A stretch of DNA of 64,000 nt from Octopus sinensis (GCF_006345805.1 NC_043012.1:57598001-57662000), one strand, 5' to 3'. Counted from the stretch's first letter, positions 11,925-24,762 are shown. The notes: generated by a model from the letters alone, not told the origin. Translations and numbers: made by a program.

Positions 11925-12150
11925 ATTATCTTTGGCTTGCGTCAGTCATTGGACTGCGGCCATACTGGGGCACCGCCTTGAAGGGCTTTGTTTTTAGTCA
12001 AACATATGGGCCCCATTACTTATTCTTTTTATTGTAAAGTCTGGTACCAGTGATATCGGAACCTTTTTGTCGATCAGCCAAGTTACGGGGATCTAAACGA
12101 GTTAACATCGGTTGTCAAACTTTCGTTGGGGAGAAGCACAAACACGATGA
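11925..12150 (-). mobile_element. SINE B 3' half
   Basis: CAGTCATTGGACTGCGGCCATACTGGGGCACCGCC...GTTACGGGGA...ATCGGTTGTCAA. Confidence 0.75.
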
Positions 12151-12160
12151 CATACGGAAG

Positions 12161-12372
12161 GGGCTTGTGGGAGCTCGTGGTGGCTCGTGGTGGCTTGTGG
12201 GAGCTTGTGGGTACTTGTGGGAACATATAGGTGTTTGTGGGGCTTGTGGGTTCTTGTGAATGCTTGTGGGAAATTGTGGATGCTTGTGAGTACTTGTGGG
12301 AGCTTGTGAGGGCTTGAAGGAACTTGTGGGTGCCTGAGGGGTTTTGTGGGAGCTTGTGAGGGTCTTGCAAGG
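12161..12372. repeat. degenerate 10-bp tandem repeat (consensus about GGGCTTGTGG)
   Basis: About 21 units with clear 10-nt periodicity. Confidence 0.9.
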
Positions 12373-12741
12373 AATTTTTGGTAAGGAATTTTAGGGTAGG
12401 TATATTCTTTTGGGGGCTAATGAAGGACACAGAATAAGAATAAAATCTCATTTGGTGGGGAGAAGCTGTTGGGGGGGAGGGAACGTATTTTTTTGTTTTA
12501 AGTTGATTGATTTAATGCTTTATTGGTGGCAATGGGTATGTGTGTGGTCTTTAGGAAAATAGGTTTTGAGTTGTAGGATTGAAAACCATATTCCGCATTG
12601 TTTTTTATGTAGAATGAATGGGGAGGAGGAGGAGCAGAGGGAGGGAGAAGGGAAACAGAAGATGATATGGGTTATGGGCGACGATTATAGAGATGTGTGT
12701 GTGTGTGTGTGTGTGTGTGTTTGTGTGTGTTTGTGTGTATA

Positions 12742-12882
12742 GGTGTGGCTGTATAGTAAGAAGCTTGCTTCTTAACCACAGGGTTACGCGTGACACCTTG
12801 TGCAAGTGTCTTTTACTCAAGCCTCGGGCCGACCAAAGCCGTGTGAGCGGATTTGGTTGACGGAAACGGAGAGAAGCCCGTA
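12742..12882 (+). mobile_element. SINE B 5' half
   Basis: GTGGCTGTATAGTAAGAAGCTTGCTT...ACCTTGTGCAAGTGTC...GCCTCGGGCCGACCAAAGCC...GAAGCCCGT. Confidence 0.8.
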
Positions 12883-13106
12883 GTATATATATATATATAT
12901 ATATAATTATATGTTTGCGTCTTTATGTTTGTCCCTGCACCATTTGTGTATGTGTGTGTGTGTGAATAAAGGCAAAATACGTTTTTGGTTTATATCCATT
13001 TTCAAAACCTTCCTTTACTTTCGCTGCTGTACTGACCTTAAGTTTCGAGATATTGTTGGGACTGTTGTCTGTTGGCTTATTGCACAAGACGATATATTTT
13101 TTTCAG

Positions 13107-13175
13107 CTAAATCCGTCCAGTTAACTATGGACAATATATATCGCACCAAAATGTTGATTTCAAGCAAAGCTCAGG
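13107..13175 (+). CDS. candidate symmetric phase-1 exon (69 nt), unknown product
   Basis: ttttttcag|CT...CAGG|gtaatg; length divisible by 3; only one open frame (AKSVQLTMDNIYRTKMLISSKAQ). Confidence 0.3.
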
Positions 13176-13268
13176 GTAATGGATCTTATGTGTATGTAAA
13201 CATATATTTTCTGTTTTCCAGTTTGCTTTTTATTTCTTACCCTCTCGTACACACACAACACACACACA

Positions 13269-13640
13269 TGTCGTACACACTTGAACACGCATACACACAG
13301 ATAGACGTGCTCATCATTCATATACCATCCGTATATCTATTACATATATACATACACACAGACACACACACGCAAACACACACACACTCGTACACACCTG
13401 AACACGCATACTCACGGACACACGTGCTCATAATTCATATACCATCCGTATATCTATTATATACATACATAGATACATACACATACACACATATACACAT
13501 ACACACACCTCGTACACACTTGCACGCTCATACACACAGACACACGTGCTCATCATTCATACACCATCCGTATATCTATTACACACACACACACACATGA
13601 ACGGAAGCACACATACATTCATGCCTCATCCGTATATCAA
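13269..13640. repeat. ~120-bp degenerate tandem repeat x3 with (CA) linkers
   Basis: Core TCGTACACACTTGAACACGCATAC...CGTGCTCATCATTCATATACCATCCGTATATCTATTA recurs three times, with a partial fourth. Confidence 0.85.
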
Positions 13641-14226
13641 ATTACGTATGTAAGTATTCATGTCCATGAACAAGCACACACACACTCATACACACACACA
13701 CATCCGCAGCCCCTACATATCTTGTATCTGAACCAGGCTGGACTATATTTTTGCTAAAAACATATCACAAACATGGATCATACCCATTATAACACTAAAA
13801 ATAACCCCCCCCCAAAAAAAAATAAGAAAAATTTTTTATTGCAATGATATGACGAATGTAAAATTTATGTACTTTTACCAAACATTTGGAAGAAATTGCC
13901 AAGCAGTATAAACAATCACTTCGCCTCGAGTTTCACGGCAGAGAGGAAATTGAAATAGCACGTTTAATGGTACTCTGCGGACTGACTTTATATTTCTTCC
14001 TCAATGTGACATATTTTGCAAACCGTAGACAATCGTGTATTAGTTTTCTTTTCTCGAAAAGTTTGAAGGTTATTTGTTGTAAACTAAACAATGGTTAGCA
14101 AACATGACACGGAATATCGGAATGCGTAGATCATGAAACTTACATTCTATGAGCGTCATAAATGTCTTCATATATTCTCCTCATATCGGTAGAAAGGGGG
14201 CTAATTCGTAATCCCAACTTTATCGT

Positions 14227-14522
14227 TGTCTTCTTCTTCTTCTTCTTCTCCCCCTCCTCTTCCTCCTCTCCATCCTCCTCCTCCTCCTTCTTATTTTCTT
14301 CTTCTTCTTCTTCTTCTTCTCTCCCCCTCCTCTTCCTCTTCCTCCTCCTCCTCCTTCTTATTTTCTTCTTCTTCTTCTTCTTCTCTCCCCCTCTTCCTCC
14401 TCCTTCTCCTCCTTATTTTCTTCTTCTTCCCCCTCCTCCTCCTCTTTCTTCTTCTCCTTCTTCTTCTTCTCCTTCTTCTTCTTCTTCTCTTCTTCTTCTT
14501 CTTCTTCTTCTTCTTCTTCTTC
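14227..14522. repeat. (CTT)/(CCT) polypyrimidine microsatellite
   Basis: Direct reading. Confidence 0.95.
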
Positions 14523-14569
14523 CAATCAGGACTCGCGCCATTAGCCACAAGGAATAATCTCTAATTCGA

Positions 14570-14973
14570 GCCTAATCTAAGCTACTTAGAATGCGTGTGG
14601 CAACTTGAAGATCTGCCCACCACACGCGATAGACTGGCGGTTGCACGGGCACGAAAGCTACGTTGTTATCCTCATTCTGTAAACGATGGCTTTTAACGGG
14701 TGGAGAGCTGAACCATCCTGGGATACAGAGGATTCGCAATCTACACTAGGGTCTGAAAGTTTACCACACCATAGTGGGTTACACCATGGTTCCTCTGCTT
14801 TGTGGCAGAAGTAGGAAGAAAGAGTGAGAGAAAGTTGTGGTGAAAGAGTACAGCGGGGTTCACGCCTCTCCCGCCGGAGCGTCGTGGAACTTAGATGTTT
14901 TTGCTCAATGAAATCAATGCTCGGTCTGGGAATCGAAACCGCTGCCCTAACTACTGGGCCATTGCGCCTCCAC
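14570..14973 (-). mobile_element. SINE D head and body with an alternative 3' tail
   Basis: Reverse complement starts GTGGAGGCGCAATGGCCCAGTAGTTAGGGCAGCGG and follows family D to CACAACTTTCTCTCACTCTT, then diverges. The left boundary is approximate. Confidence 0.7.
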
Positions 14974-15112
14974 AGGACGTTGGTGTTGCTGTTATTGTTG
15001 TTAGTGTTTGTATTGCGACACTATCAGCTTATGAAAATAAATGTCTTTATAGACTCTGCGGGTCCCAGAAGGGTTAAATCACGGCTCTCGCTTCATCTTT
15101 GTTGTTATTCAA

Positions 15113-15325
15113 GGTAGTGAGCTGAAAGAATCGTTAGCAGGCCGGACAAAATGCTTAGCAGCATTTCGTCCGTTGCTACATTCTGAGTTCAAATTCCGTC
15201 GAGGTCGACTTTGCCTTTCATCCTTTCGGCGTCAATAAAATAAGTACCAGTCGATCACGGGTTCATGTAATTGACTTATCCCTTCCCCTCAATCTGTTGG
15301 CCTTGTGCCAAAATGTGAAAACAAT
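15113..15325 (+). mobile_element. SINE A
   Basis: Family A head, GTTCAAATTCC and GTCGACTTTGCCTTTCATCC. Confidence 0.85.
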
Positions 15326-16137
15326 GTAGTAGTTATTTAGTCCCATATCTTAGTGAATGGTTTGAATTAATTCTTAAAATCTTTGTGACTTTTTAAAAAA
15401 GTGAATTAAAAATGTCTACGGCTGGTTTTGACCCAGTTCTTATTTACTTCAAACAGAACACTTACCCTACTCAGAAAAGGCGAATTGGCAAAGTCGTTAG
15501 AGCGTCGAACAGAATTGTTCGCAATATTCGTTCCGACTTGTTGCGCCCAGAGATCAGATCCTACCGAAGCGAATGTTGGGGTCGATAAAAGAAGTAGTAA
15601 GCCAGGCTGATGGATTGAGGGAACTGTATGAACATCAGAATGTGGTATTTGTTCCAGCTTGTTGCGTTCTGAGTTCATATCATGTCATGGCCTATTTTGG
15701 TGGTTGACTTGATCAATCGCCCGATTTAACACTATTGATTGTACTTTGGGTGACTGTTGTAATCCTTATGTCGGACTGTTATCACGCTCACTCCAGTATA
15801 GCAGTATAGTTAGTTAGACAAGTAAGACCACAGCTATCTATGACCATCTACTTTGTACTCTCTACTCATACTGACACTGACTGACAGTATTTATAATGAC
15901 TAACACATACCACTCGTCACGTGGAAGTGGTGTACCATTATTACTACTATCTCCATGACCGTGACATTAGCGGAGTTCACACCGGTGCACGCATTCACTC
16001 TCGGTCTCCAGTTTAAGGATTCTTCCCTGACTACCTTTCTTTCGGTGTCAGCATTACCTTTTCTTATAATTAAAGGATTCTTAGTGAAATCTAAAAAAGA
16101 AAAAGAATGCAACAACCCTCAGATATATTTTCTTCAG

Positions 16138-16223
16138 ATCCACAAACGTTTTCCTTCGCTCTCGATTTGCGCGCTGCGTTATATTTCCCATCAACCAGTC
16201 TTTGGAAGGTTCCAGTAACCTAG
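16138..16223 (+). CDS. candidate phase-1 (possibly terminal) exon, unknown product
   Basis: ttttcttcag|AT CCA CAA...TAG; frame DPQTFSFALDLRAALYFPSTSLWKVPVT*. Competing minus-strand candidates exist nearby. Confidence 0.2.
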
Positions 16224-17184
16224 ATATCCTTTTCCTTTTGTAACAAGAGACAGCTTTCCCTTGAATCGATCCTTCTCCATTTGTGGACAAGGGGATGATG
16301 TGAGTGGCATTGTAGACTCTTCTTATATCGCAGTGTAGCCGATTCTGAGAGACAGACAGATAGATGTAGAAAAAGAGAAAGAACAAGAAAGGAGAGGCTA
16401 GAGAAAGCGGGGCGAGAGAGAAGAGTCGGGGCCAGTATTTTGTTGGGACTTCATATAGAGACCCCTCAAAAAAAAAAAAAAGAAATGAAAGACAAAGTTG
16501 GCTTCGGAGGAATTTGAACTCGGACGCTGAGACCCGGAACTAATACTGCAAGACATTCAATATACCCCCTACGAAGTATTATTAGCTGTTAATAATTTGG
16601 AGTTAATTAGTCCGTAATTGACCTAAAATGCACCAGAAGCAACGATAATGACATTATGATTACAACGAGTGCTGTTTAAAATAATTTGTACAAGATCTCA
16701 CATTTCTGAAGTAGGTGCATACTTTATTAAACCGACTCCAATGTTTTATCTTTTGACATACTTAACGTATCAGCCCAGCACTATAAGCTAACGAAACAAA
16801 ACATCTATTGTACAAAGCTGGTGTTAATTATAACAGTAAGTTAAGTCTTTTCCTTGAAGCTATTCACCATCCTGATGAACTGAACTGAACGTGTGAAAGT
16901 TATGCGTCATCGAAGACAGATGTATATCGACAGACGTTTCATCTGGCATTTTAACTCTCACACCACTCATCACGCCATTCTACTATTCTTGGAACAGTGC
17001 TATACATAATTAGTACTGACCAGGAATTTTAAGAACTTAGTAATAAGTAATTAATTTTAAAATTTCTAATTCCGCAAAATATTATGAAGAAATGATTATC
17101 TTCCTTGTATTAACTGTCCACTAGGGGGCACCATGTATTTAAACAATAGCTTCTTACATTATCATAATGCCACAATTTTGTAAC

Positions 17185-17418
17185 CTATTTCTTTATTACC
17201 CACAAGGGGTTAAACATAGAAGGGACAAACAAGGACAGACATAGGTATTAAGTCGATTACATCGACCCCAGTTCGTAACTGGTACTTATTTAATCGACCC
17301 CGAAAGGATGAAAGGTAAAGTCGACTTCGGCGGAATTTGAACTCACAACGTAACGGCAGACGAAATACCGCTAAGCATTTCGCCCGACGTGCTAACGCTT
17401 CTACCAGCTCTCCGCCTT
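17185..17418 (-). mobile_element. full-length young SINE A with 21-bp TSD
   Basis: ATAATGCCACAATTTTGTAAC at 17164-17184 and 17419-17439. Confidence 0.95.
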
Positions 17419-17636
17419 ATAATGCCACAATTTTGTAACGATGGGGCATTTATTGAATGCAGTCTCAGTATATGACTGGTACATATTTTACCAACTTCAG
17501 AAGTCGACTTCGGTGGCATTTGAACTCAGAATGTAAAGAGCTATACGTAAATACTGTAAAGCAACTGATCCGTTTCTCAATCGCTTCAGGCACCGCTTCA
17601 TGTTTTTTTAGTGACAATATAATATTTATTCAATTG

Positions 17637-17900
17637 CAGCGTTGAAGGTGTTTAAAGCGTGGAAGCCATTTAAAAGTACACAAAAACCGTTAGATTCACT
17701 TCGTCAACATAGTTTCGTCGCTTTGAAACCGCGACCTGTTCACTGACAAAATTCCGTGCTGCATCTCGGAATTTTGTCAGTGAACAGGTAGCGGTTTCAA
17801 AGCGACGAAAATATTTCAACAAATTAAATTTAAATATTGAAGTGAATCTAACGGTTTTTGTGTGTTTTTAAATGGCTTATAAAGACCTCTCACGCTGCAC
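17637..17900. repeat. interrupted fold-back inverted repeat
   Basis: Inner arms 17713-17756 and 17767-17810 match 43/44; outer arms 17663-17702 and 17839-17878 match 38/40. Confidence 0.92.
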
Positions 17901-18368
17901 TCGTTTTTGTTTCAGCGCACGATCTCAGATCGGGTCACTTGCTATGCAAGTACATCGCCGTAATAATATCTATTCAGTTGTTAGAATTCAATGTAGAAAC
18001 GCATTTGGGCAAATCGGGCTGAGTACTGGCTAAAAGTTGAAATATTCTACTGAGCCTCAACACCAGGGAGATGCATCTGGTTATGCTCAAAACCTGAATA
18101 ATTGGAGACGTCTTGCTACTCAGTGTAAGGCAGGAATTTTAACCGAGCGTCAGATTCGACGCTGCAATAGATTCAAGACATTATTTTTTCCTTGGTCACC
18201 TCAGTCCTTCTCAATGTGAGTAGCTACAAAGAAGAGATACGACTCATCTCAGTATTTCTTGGTGTGAATAGCTACAAGGGACACATCACACAAGCTATGT
18301 CCCTTAGAGTAATTATCGTGAGAATAGACACATTTGAAATATTTTTCGTTACTTTTGAAGTGGTGAGT

Positions 18369-18590
18369 ACAGCTGTGCTGGGCTGGGCTGTTTTAACCTG
18401 AGATGAACTCAATTGAGCTAAGAAAAGCTGAGCTGAGGTAAACAGTTAATCTGTGCAGAGCTGATCTTAGCTGAACAAAGACGAGCTGAGTCAAGCTGAG
18501 CTAAACTGAGTTCAGCTAAGCTGAACTGGACTGATGGGGATTAAATTGGGTTGAGCTGGGCTGAGCTCGATTGAGCTGAGCTGACCTAAA
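18369..18590. repeat. degenerate GAGCT/GGGCT pentamer repeat
   Basis: Many AGCTG/GAGCT/GGGCT units, e.g. GAGCTGGGCTGAGCTCGATTGAGCTGAGCTG. Confidence 0.8.
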
Positions 18591-19055
18591 ATACTGTAAA
18601 TCATAACAGCTCAAAATGGATCTCCCTTCAAAATCGATAATTTATTTAATGGCTGTATATTGACAGAACCAGCAGAGTGGCAAACAAGATGCCTTGTGTT
18701 ATGAGTAAAATATCGCCTAGATGCCTGAAAAGTAACCCCTTCATCACACAAGCCTAGAGTGGCAAATAAGAAAAGCCCTTGAAATAACTCCACTCCTGCT
18801 CACCAAATAAACGTTGCTGAGTGGAGTCGAGGGAGGGGTAACTTCAGCTGGAAACACATGTAGAGTGGTGAATGAATGAATGAATGCTGGGAACGGATGG
18901 GACGGCTTTGATCATGAGTCTGTTAGATAGGGGTTAACCTGGGGCTAAACGACAACAGCTACAATAAGAACACATTATAATTGTAACGAGATGATTACGG
19001 CTGGGACGCTATTGATCATCAGTTTTCTAAATGAGGGTTGGCCTTGTGTCTTAAC

Positions 19056-19056
19056 G

Positions 19057-19093
<37 letters not shown>

Positions 19094-19156
19094 AATCAGT
19101 AACAGCAGCATCATCAAGACTACAGTATTACCAAAACTACATCACCAAAGCTGCTT

Positions 19157-19203
<47 letters not shown>

Positions 19204-19278
19204 GTTACTATTACTGCTGCTGCTACTGCTGCTACAAATATTGCAACTACGAGCAGCAGCAGCAGCACCACCACCACA

Positions 19279-19323
<45 letters not shown>

Positions 19324-19362
19324 GCTACTACAAATATTGCAACTACGAGCAGCAGCAGCAGC

Positions 19363-19396
<34 letters not shown>

Positions 19397-19681
19397 TACT
19401 ACTACTGCTGCTGCTGCTGCTACTACTACTACTACTACTACTACTGCTACAAATATTGCTACTACAAGCAAAAGCAGCAGCAGCAGCACCACCACAACCA
19501 TTACTACTACTACTACTACAACTACTACTAATACTACTACTACTACTATCAGCAACAGCAGCACCACCAAAACTACAGCATTACCAAAACTACATCACCA
19601 AAGCTGCTGCAGCAGTTGCTACTACTACTACTACTCCTACTACTACCACCACCACAACCACAACCATAACTACTACTACTA

Positions 19682-19712
<31 letters not shown>
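19056..19712. repeat. compound (ACT)n/(AGC)n/(ACC)n microsatellite with duplicated blocks
   Basis: Direct reading; the block TTACCAAAACTACATCACCAAAGCTGC and the block ACAAATATTGC recur. Confidence 0.95.
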
Positions 19713-19713
<1 letters not shown>

Positions 19714-19925
19714 TCTTTAATGCAAACGCCGCCCGCATCTGTTTCCTATTCATGCTCAATTAATTCACCCGTGTGATTTAAAAAAAAATGTTTTTCAAAC
19801 AATTTCTTTAATGAATAAAATGAATGAAATTTAAAATCATTCAAAGCAGCAAATGAAGGAAACGAAAAGAAAACACCACTCCCCTCCCCACATGAATTGC
19901 ATTGCTTTGCTTATTTCTTTTCAAA

Positions 19926-20086
19926 GGCGTGGCTGTGTGGTAAGAAGTTTCCTTCTCAACTACATAGTTTCAGGTTCAGTCCCACTGCGAGGCGGTACTT
20001 TGGGCAAGTGACTTTTACTAAAGCTCTGGTCCGACTAGAGCTTTGTGGATGGATCTGGCAGACGGAAAATGAAATAAGCCCCAGCA
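19926..20086 (+). mobile_element. SINE B 5' half
   Basis: GGCGTGGCTGTGTGGTAAGAAG...GGTTCAGTCCCACTGCG...TTGGGCAAGTG. Confidence 0.8.
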
Positions 20087-20108
20087 TCTATCTATCTATC
20101 TATCTATG

Positions 20109-20162
<54 letters not shown>

Positions 20163-20485
20163 AAAAAAAAGAAATATAACATGTGACTTCATTGACCGAG
20201 GTTACCGTGGTCTTTTCCGTAGGCTTTTCTTTCCACGGGTAAACCTCACCTGTCCCCCCTTTACACTTCATATTGACATTTCTGTGATAACGATCCCTAT
20301 TGATCCAATTTTGTTCCTTTCCCTTTCCCCCGCCTTTTGTTTTCCTTTTTTTTTGTCCTCTTTCTTTCCATTTACGATCCCTTTTGATCGAAAACCAAAC
20401 CCCCTTCTTTTACCCACAAAAGAAAAGCTCTACCTTGTAATTTTGTCCCGTCTGTGTGCAGCCCTGTGTGGCTAATAAAGAAACA

Positions 20486-20555
<70 letters not shown>

Positions 20556-20591
20556 CACAGACACACACACACATCTCACAGGTAAATGGAT

Positions 20592-20836
20592 TGACAAGTC
20601 CCTTAACCCCTTGGGGGTCGTTGTGCGCTGCAGCCATGCAGCGTATCTTGGCCGACAAAGTCTTGGCGGAACCCATCCCTCTTCTGGCTAAACTCATTTT
20701 GCCAGCTGAGTGGACTGGAGCAACGTGAAACGGAATATTTTGTTCAAGAACACAACGCACCACCCGGTCTAGAGATCGAAACCACAACTCACGATCGGGT
20801 GTCCAACATCCTAACCACTAAACCACGTGCCTCCAC
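20592..20836 (-). mobile_element. SINE C-group copy with tail type 3 and 13-bp TSD
   Basis: TSD CAGGTAAATGGAT at 20579-20591 and 20837-20849. Head plus GTTGTGTTCTTGAACAA...TTTCACGTTGCTCCAGTCCACTCAGCTG central domain. Confidence 0.88.
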
Positions 20837-20945
20837 CAGGTAAATGGATACCCCTCATTATACGTTGTCTGTGCTGACACAGCTTATTAGTTCAATGCTA
20901 ATACAGGTTAAACCCTTAAAAACTGATCAAAGTTTAGATTAAGTA

Positions 20946-21021
20946 CAGGTCATCGCCGACTTACGACCATAATTGGTTCCCACTAACTGGTCGTAAGTCG
21001 ATTTGGTCGTAAGTTGGCCTG
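20946..21021. mobile_element. 76-bp pogo/Tigger-like MITE remnant
   Basis: TA|CAGGTCATCGCCGACTTACGACC ... GGTCGTAAGTTGGCCTG|TA; imperfect TIRs with TA flanks. Confidence 0.65.
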
Positions 21022-21305
21022 TAGGCCTACATAGCTTTGTTCTATATTACACGCTTTCTTTATGCTTCCTTCTCAGCTTTTCGCGTTCCTTCTCTCATTC
21101 AGTTTTTAATTCGTTCTGTTATGTGGTTTGTGTCTCATGACTGCGCGGAGATATTTCACCAGTTATAATTCATTATTTGGCATGTTCTCAGCATGAGAAA
21201 CTATTAGCAGCACATGTATTGTGCCTATTAAATGATATTTATCTCTCATCAGATGGAGTACTTTTTTTGTTGATCTCACCATCACGAAAAAGTACTATAT
21301 ATATA

Positions 21306-21344
<39 letters not shown>

Positions 21345-21519
21345 TCAGTAGTTCATATTTCCGAAAAATTTTTAAAGAGGTTATGTGCCTTCGGGCATTC
21401 GAGTCTGACTAGTCGCCTATACTGCTAAGTGCTTTATAGGTGCGAAACATTATGACCGGCCATAACATTTAACTTCCTTACATACACACACACACACATT
21501 TGTATGTTTGTGTGTGAGT

Positions 21520-21735
21520 GTGTGTCTGTTTGTGTTTGTCTCCCACTAACGCTTGACAACCAGCATTCGTTCGCATTGCTTACGCAGTTCGGCAAAACAT
21601 ATCTTACAGAATAATACACCCGGCTTAATAAATAAGGGTACCGGGGTTAATTTGTTCGACGAAACCTTTCAAGAGAGTGCCCCAGCGTGGCCGCAGCCCA
21701 TTGCCTGAAACAAGAAAAAGATAAAACGTAAAAGA
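21520..21735 (+). mobile_element. SINE B 3' half, diverged
   Basis: CGCTTGACAACC...TTCGGCAAAA...CCCCAGCGTGGCCGCAG...TGAAACAAG. Confidence 0.7.
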
Positions 21736-22969
21736 AGCATTTTCCAGCTTTAATTCAATTTATATCGTTGAAAAGAAACCAAATGCCTACCCACCTCCAT
21801 CCCCTACATTTTGGAGTCGTATCTAAATAACTGTTTTTGAAATTGTTGGTAAATTTACAAACTGCTTGTTCTATATTGCCGTATCTATTTATGGTTCACC
21901 TACTTTAGTAATAAACGGTGCAACTGTCTGATTGTTCGTCCCAAATATAATGTTTTTTGTCTTCAGTGTTCCTTGTTGTTTGTTAATTATATTTCTCTTC
22001 TCTCAAATTCTTTCTCTCTCTTCCTCTGTCTCCTTCTCCGTCTCTCTCTCTCTCTCTCATTGTATGTCTATCTATACATACATGTTAACATTATAAATAT
22101 ACACACATACTGTACATATTTAGTTTACTTTTCCGATAAGGCAAGATCACCAAAAATTTATTTCATCCATTGAGAGATAAACATCATTTGATGTTCACAG
22201 TATACAGTTACAAGCGACAAAAGGTGTCATGCATTGGAGATGTAGTCTAGGCAGGTTTTGATAACACGCTGTGTCTCCAAGCAATCATTGGGCTCTGAGC
22301 ACATGACCTATATAATTTACAAATCAGGGCGCTAGAACAAAAGAAAGCATGAGAAAAAGCGAGAATAAGGTGGATGTAAAAATCGGAATAGTCTTCTTTT
22401 TTTCGTTTCTTCCGTATTTTCTCCCACCTTTCTACCTTTTGCGTCCACCTAATTTTTACTCGTCATTACTCTTGTTCTAGTGTTCTGATTTGTAAATTGC
22501 ATAGGCTATGTGCTCAGCCTGATGAGTGATCCATTGCTTCATCTCAGATCACTGCCAGCTCCTTGTCCTTCCTCTTTGTAAAAGGTATTTCTGACTATCC
22601 ATCCATGGCACCCGACATTTAATCCCGTTGCAGATCTGCAAGCTTTAAAGCATAGGTGACAGACAAAAGTTGTATCGCATTGTAGGCTTCCAACTGTTTA
22701 GGTTTGCTCATGTTACCAATCTTCTACCACCATAGGGCTTTCAGTTTATGGGATGACAAATAAGGCCACCATGAAGAGGTATCTGAGCCTCTGTGATTAA
22801 GTACCATGGTGACTGGCCGATGCGAAATAACTAGTAATCAGATTAAATCGTAGGTTTTACACGAGAGCTTTACACTCCTGGAAGTATTCTATGTCAACAG
22901 CTCGGGCTCCTTCACGCCCAGTGATTTTACTTCACTCAGGGGCTCCCATCAAGGATATTTATGCGTCCT

Positions 22970-23205
22970 TTAAGGGCGGCAAGCAGGCAGAATCGTTAGC
23001 GCGCCGGGCGAAATGCTTAGCGGTATTTCGTCTGTCGCTACGTTCTGAGTTCAAATTCCGCCGAGGTCGACTTTACCTTTCATCCTTTCGGGGTCGATAA
23101 ACTGATTACCAGTTACGCACTGGGGTCGATGTAATCGACTTAATCTGTTTGTCTGTCCTTGTTTGTCCCCTCTATGTTTATCCCCTTGTGGGTAATAAAG
23201 AAACA
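22970..23205 (+). mobile_element. full-length SINE A with 16-bp TSD
   Basis: GATATTTATGCGTCCT at 22954-22969 and 23206-23221. Confidence 0.95.
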
Positions 23206-23411
23206 GATATTTATGCGTCCTCGCGCTCAGATGAGTTGTCATCACATACGCTACTTAATCCGCAAGTAGGATTTTGACAGGTGCTAATACTAAGGGTCAA
23301 CGTAGACCTGGTAACACTAATGTTTAAGGGGTAGTTTGACACTCCTCAAAATCCTGGCTCTCCAAAAACTAGAGTCCCACCGCCGGAAGCAGTTTACAGT
23401 CATACCCATAG

Positions 23412-23875
23412 GCGCTGGCGCGGCTGTGCGGTAAGAAGCTTGCTACTCTTCCCAACCGCATGGTTCCAGGTTCAGTTCTACTGCGTGGGACCTTGGGCAA
23501 GTATTTTCTACTGTAGCTTCGGGCCGATCAAAGTCTTATGAGTAGATTTTGGCCCGTGTGAGTGTGTCCAGGGGTCGATTCTTTCCACTTAAAATTCTTC
23601 AAAGCAATGCCTCAGCATGGCCGCAGTCTAATGATTGAAAAAGATAACTATAAGAAGATATATGTATGCATATGAATATGTGAGTGTGTGTATGAGTGTG
23701 TGTGTACATATGTATCTTTTACCGTTTACTTACTTCAGTCATTAGACTGTGGCCATGCTGGGGCACCGCCTTGAAGAATTTTAGTCGAACGAACTGACCC
23801 CAGGATTTATTTTATTTTATTTTTTGAAACCTGTTACTTATTGTATCGGTCTCTTTTGCCGAACCGCTTGGATTA
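23412..23875. mobile_element. SINE B (+, internally deleted, 23412-23655) and SINE B tail (-, 23715-23875)
   Basis: Family B head and tail motifs in opposite orientations. Confidence 0.75.
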
Positions 23876-24762
23876 TATGACGAATAAGAAAGAAGTGAAA
23901 TATATCTAATGCGTGTGTTTATTGTTGGCATAATGACCGTCCCGAGATTCAACAAAATCTACTATTGATGTTTTTTTTCTTTTATGTCAGGATAAATCTG
24001 GACAATTGCAAAAGTAAAAAAAAAATTTAAATGTGAAAATGAAAAAAAGTTTTTGTATAAAATGAAACTAACTTACAGAGAATGAGAGTCAAAAACTTTT
24101 GTTATGAAATATAGAGAAATACACGAAATTTGACAGTCAAATGTATTCAGCGATGAAATAATAACAGACGCTAAACTCATCAATCCTGACAGAAACATGT
24201 ATATCCGTAACAAATATCAACGAAATGTAATGCAGATTGAAGAAATTTGTGCATCTACTTTTGATAGTTTTTATAGCTTAAGATTTGCAAACATACACAC
24301 ACAAACCACACACACACCACACACCGCACACACGTATTTATTTATGTATGTGTGTGTTTGTGTGTGTGTATACACAACGGGATTCTTTTTATGAGCAAGC
24401 ATCAGTAGCTGTAAATGCTGCTAGTTTACGATGTGACATTTTAATATATACGAATGATATTTCAAATTTAATGGTCTTCATATATAATTTTCTTCAATGT
24501 GATAACTTTCCTTTGTAACAGGTTTCAGTTTGCACGTTTGCCGAAGAAAATGTCTGCTGCATATTTCTGGCATCGTACAGAGATATACTATATATATATA
24601 TATATATATATATAATGTGAAATAGAAAGATGAATAATCTTGTAGTAGATTAATCAAAAGTTTAACCGATACCTTAGTAGCAAAAATCACAGCAGTGAAC
24701 AGCACGGTTGGAGGTACAACCATCTGGCGTTGCAACCGTGCGTTGGTGCGGATAATTGAAAT

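Noticed and set aside
12911-13600. 229-aa ORF
   Set aside because: It is mostly (TG)/(CA) repeat translation; only the 69-nt internal segment has exon-like signals.
16081-16386. 101-aa minus-strand ORF after a long polypyrimidine tract
   Set aside because: The tract is a GA-rich repeat, no convincing donor was found and no family was recognised.
16870-16900. CTGATGA...GAAA hammerhead candidate
   Set aside because: No proper stem II closing pair next to GAAA and no stem I or III.
18991-19776. Long ORFs of 241-261 aa (and poly-I/M/H ORFs at 29599-30354)
   Set aside because: These are translations of trinucleotide microsatellites with homopolymer content on all frames.
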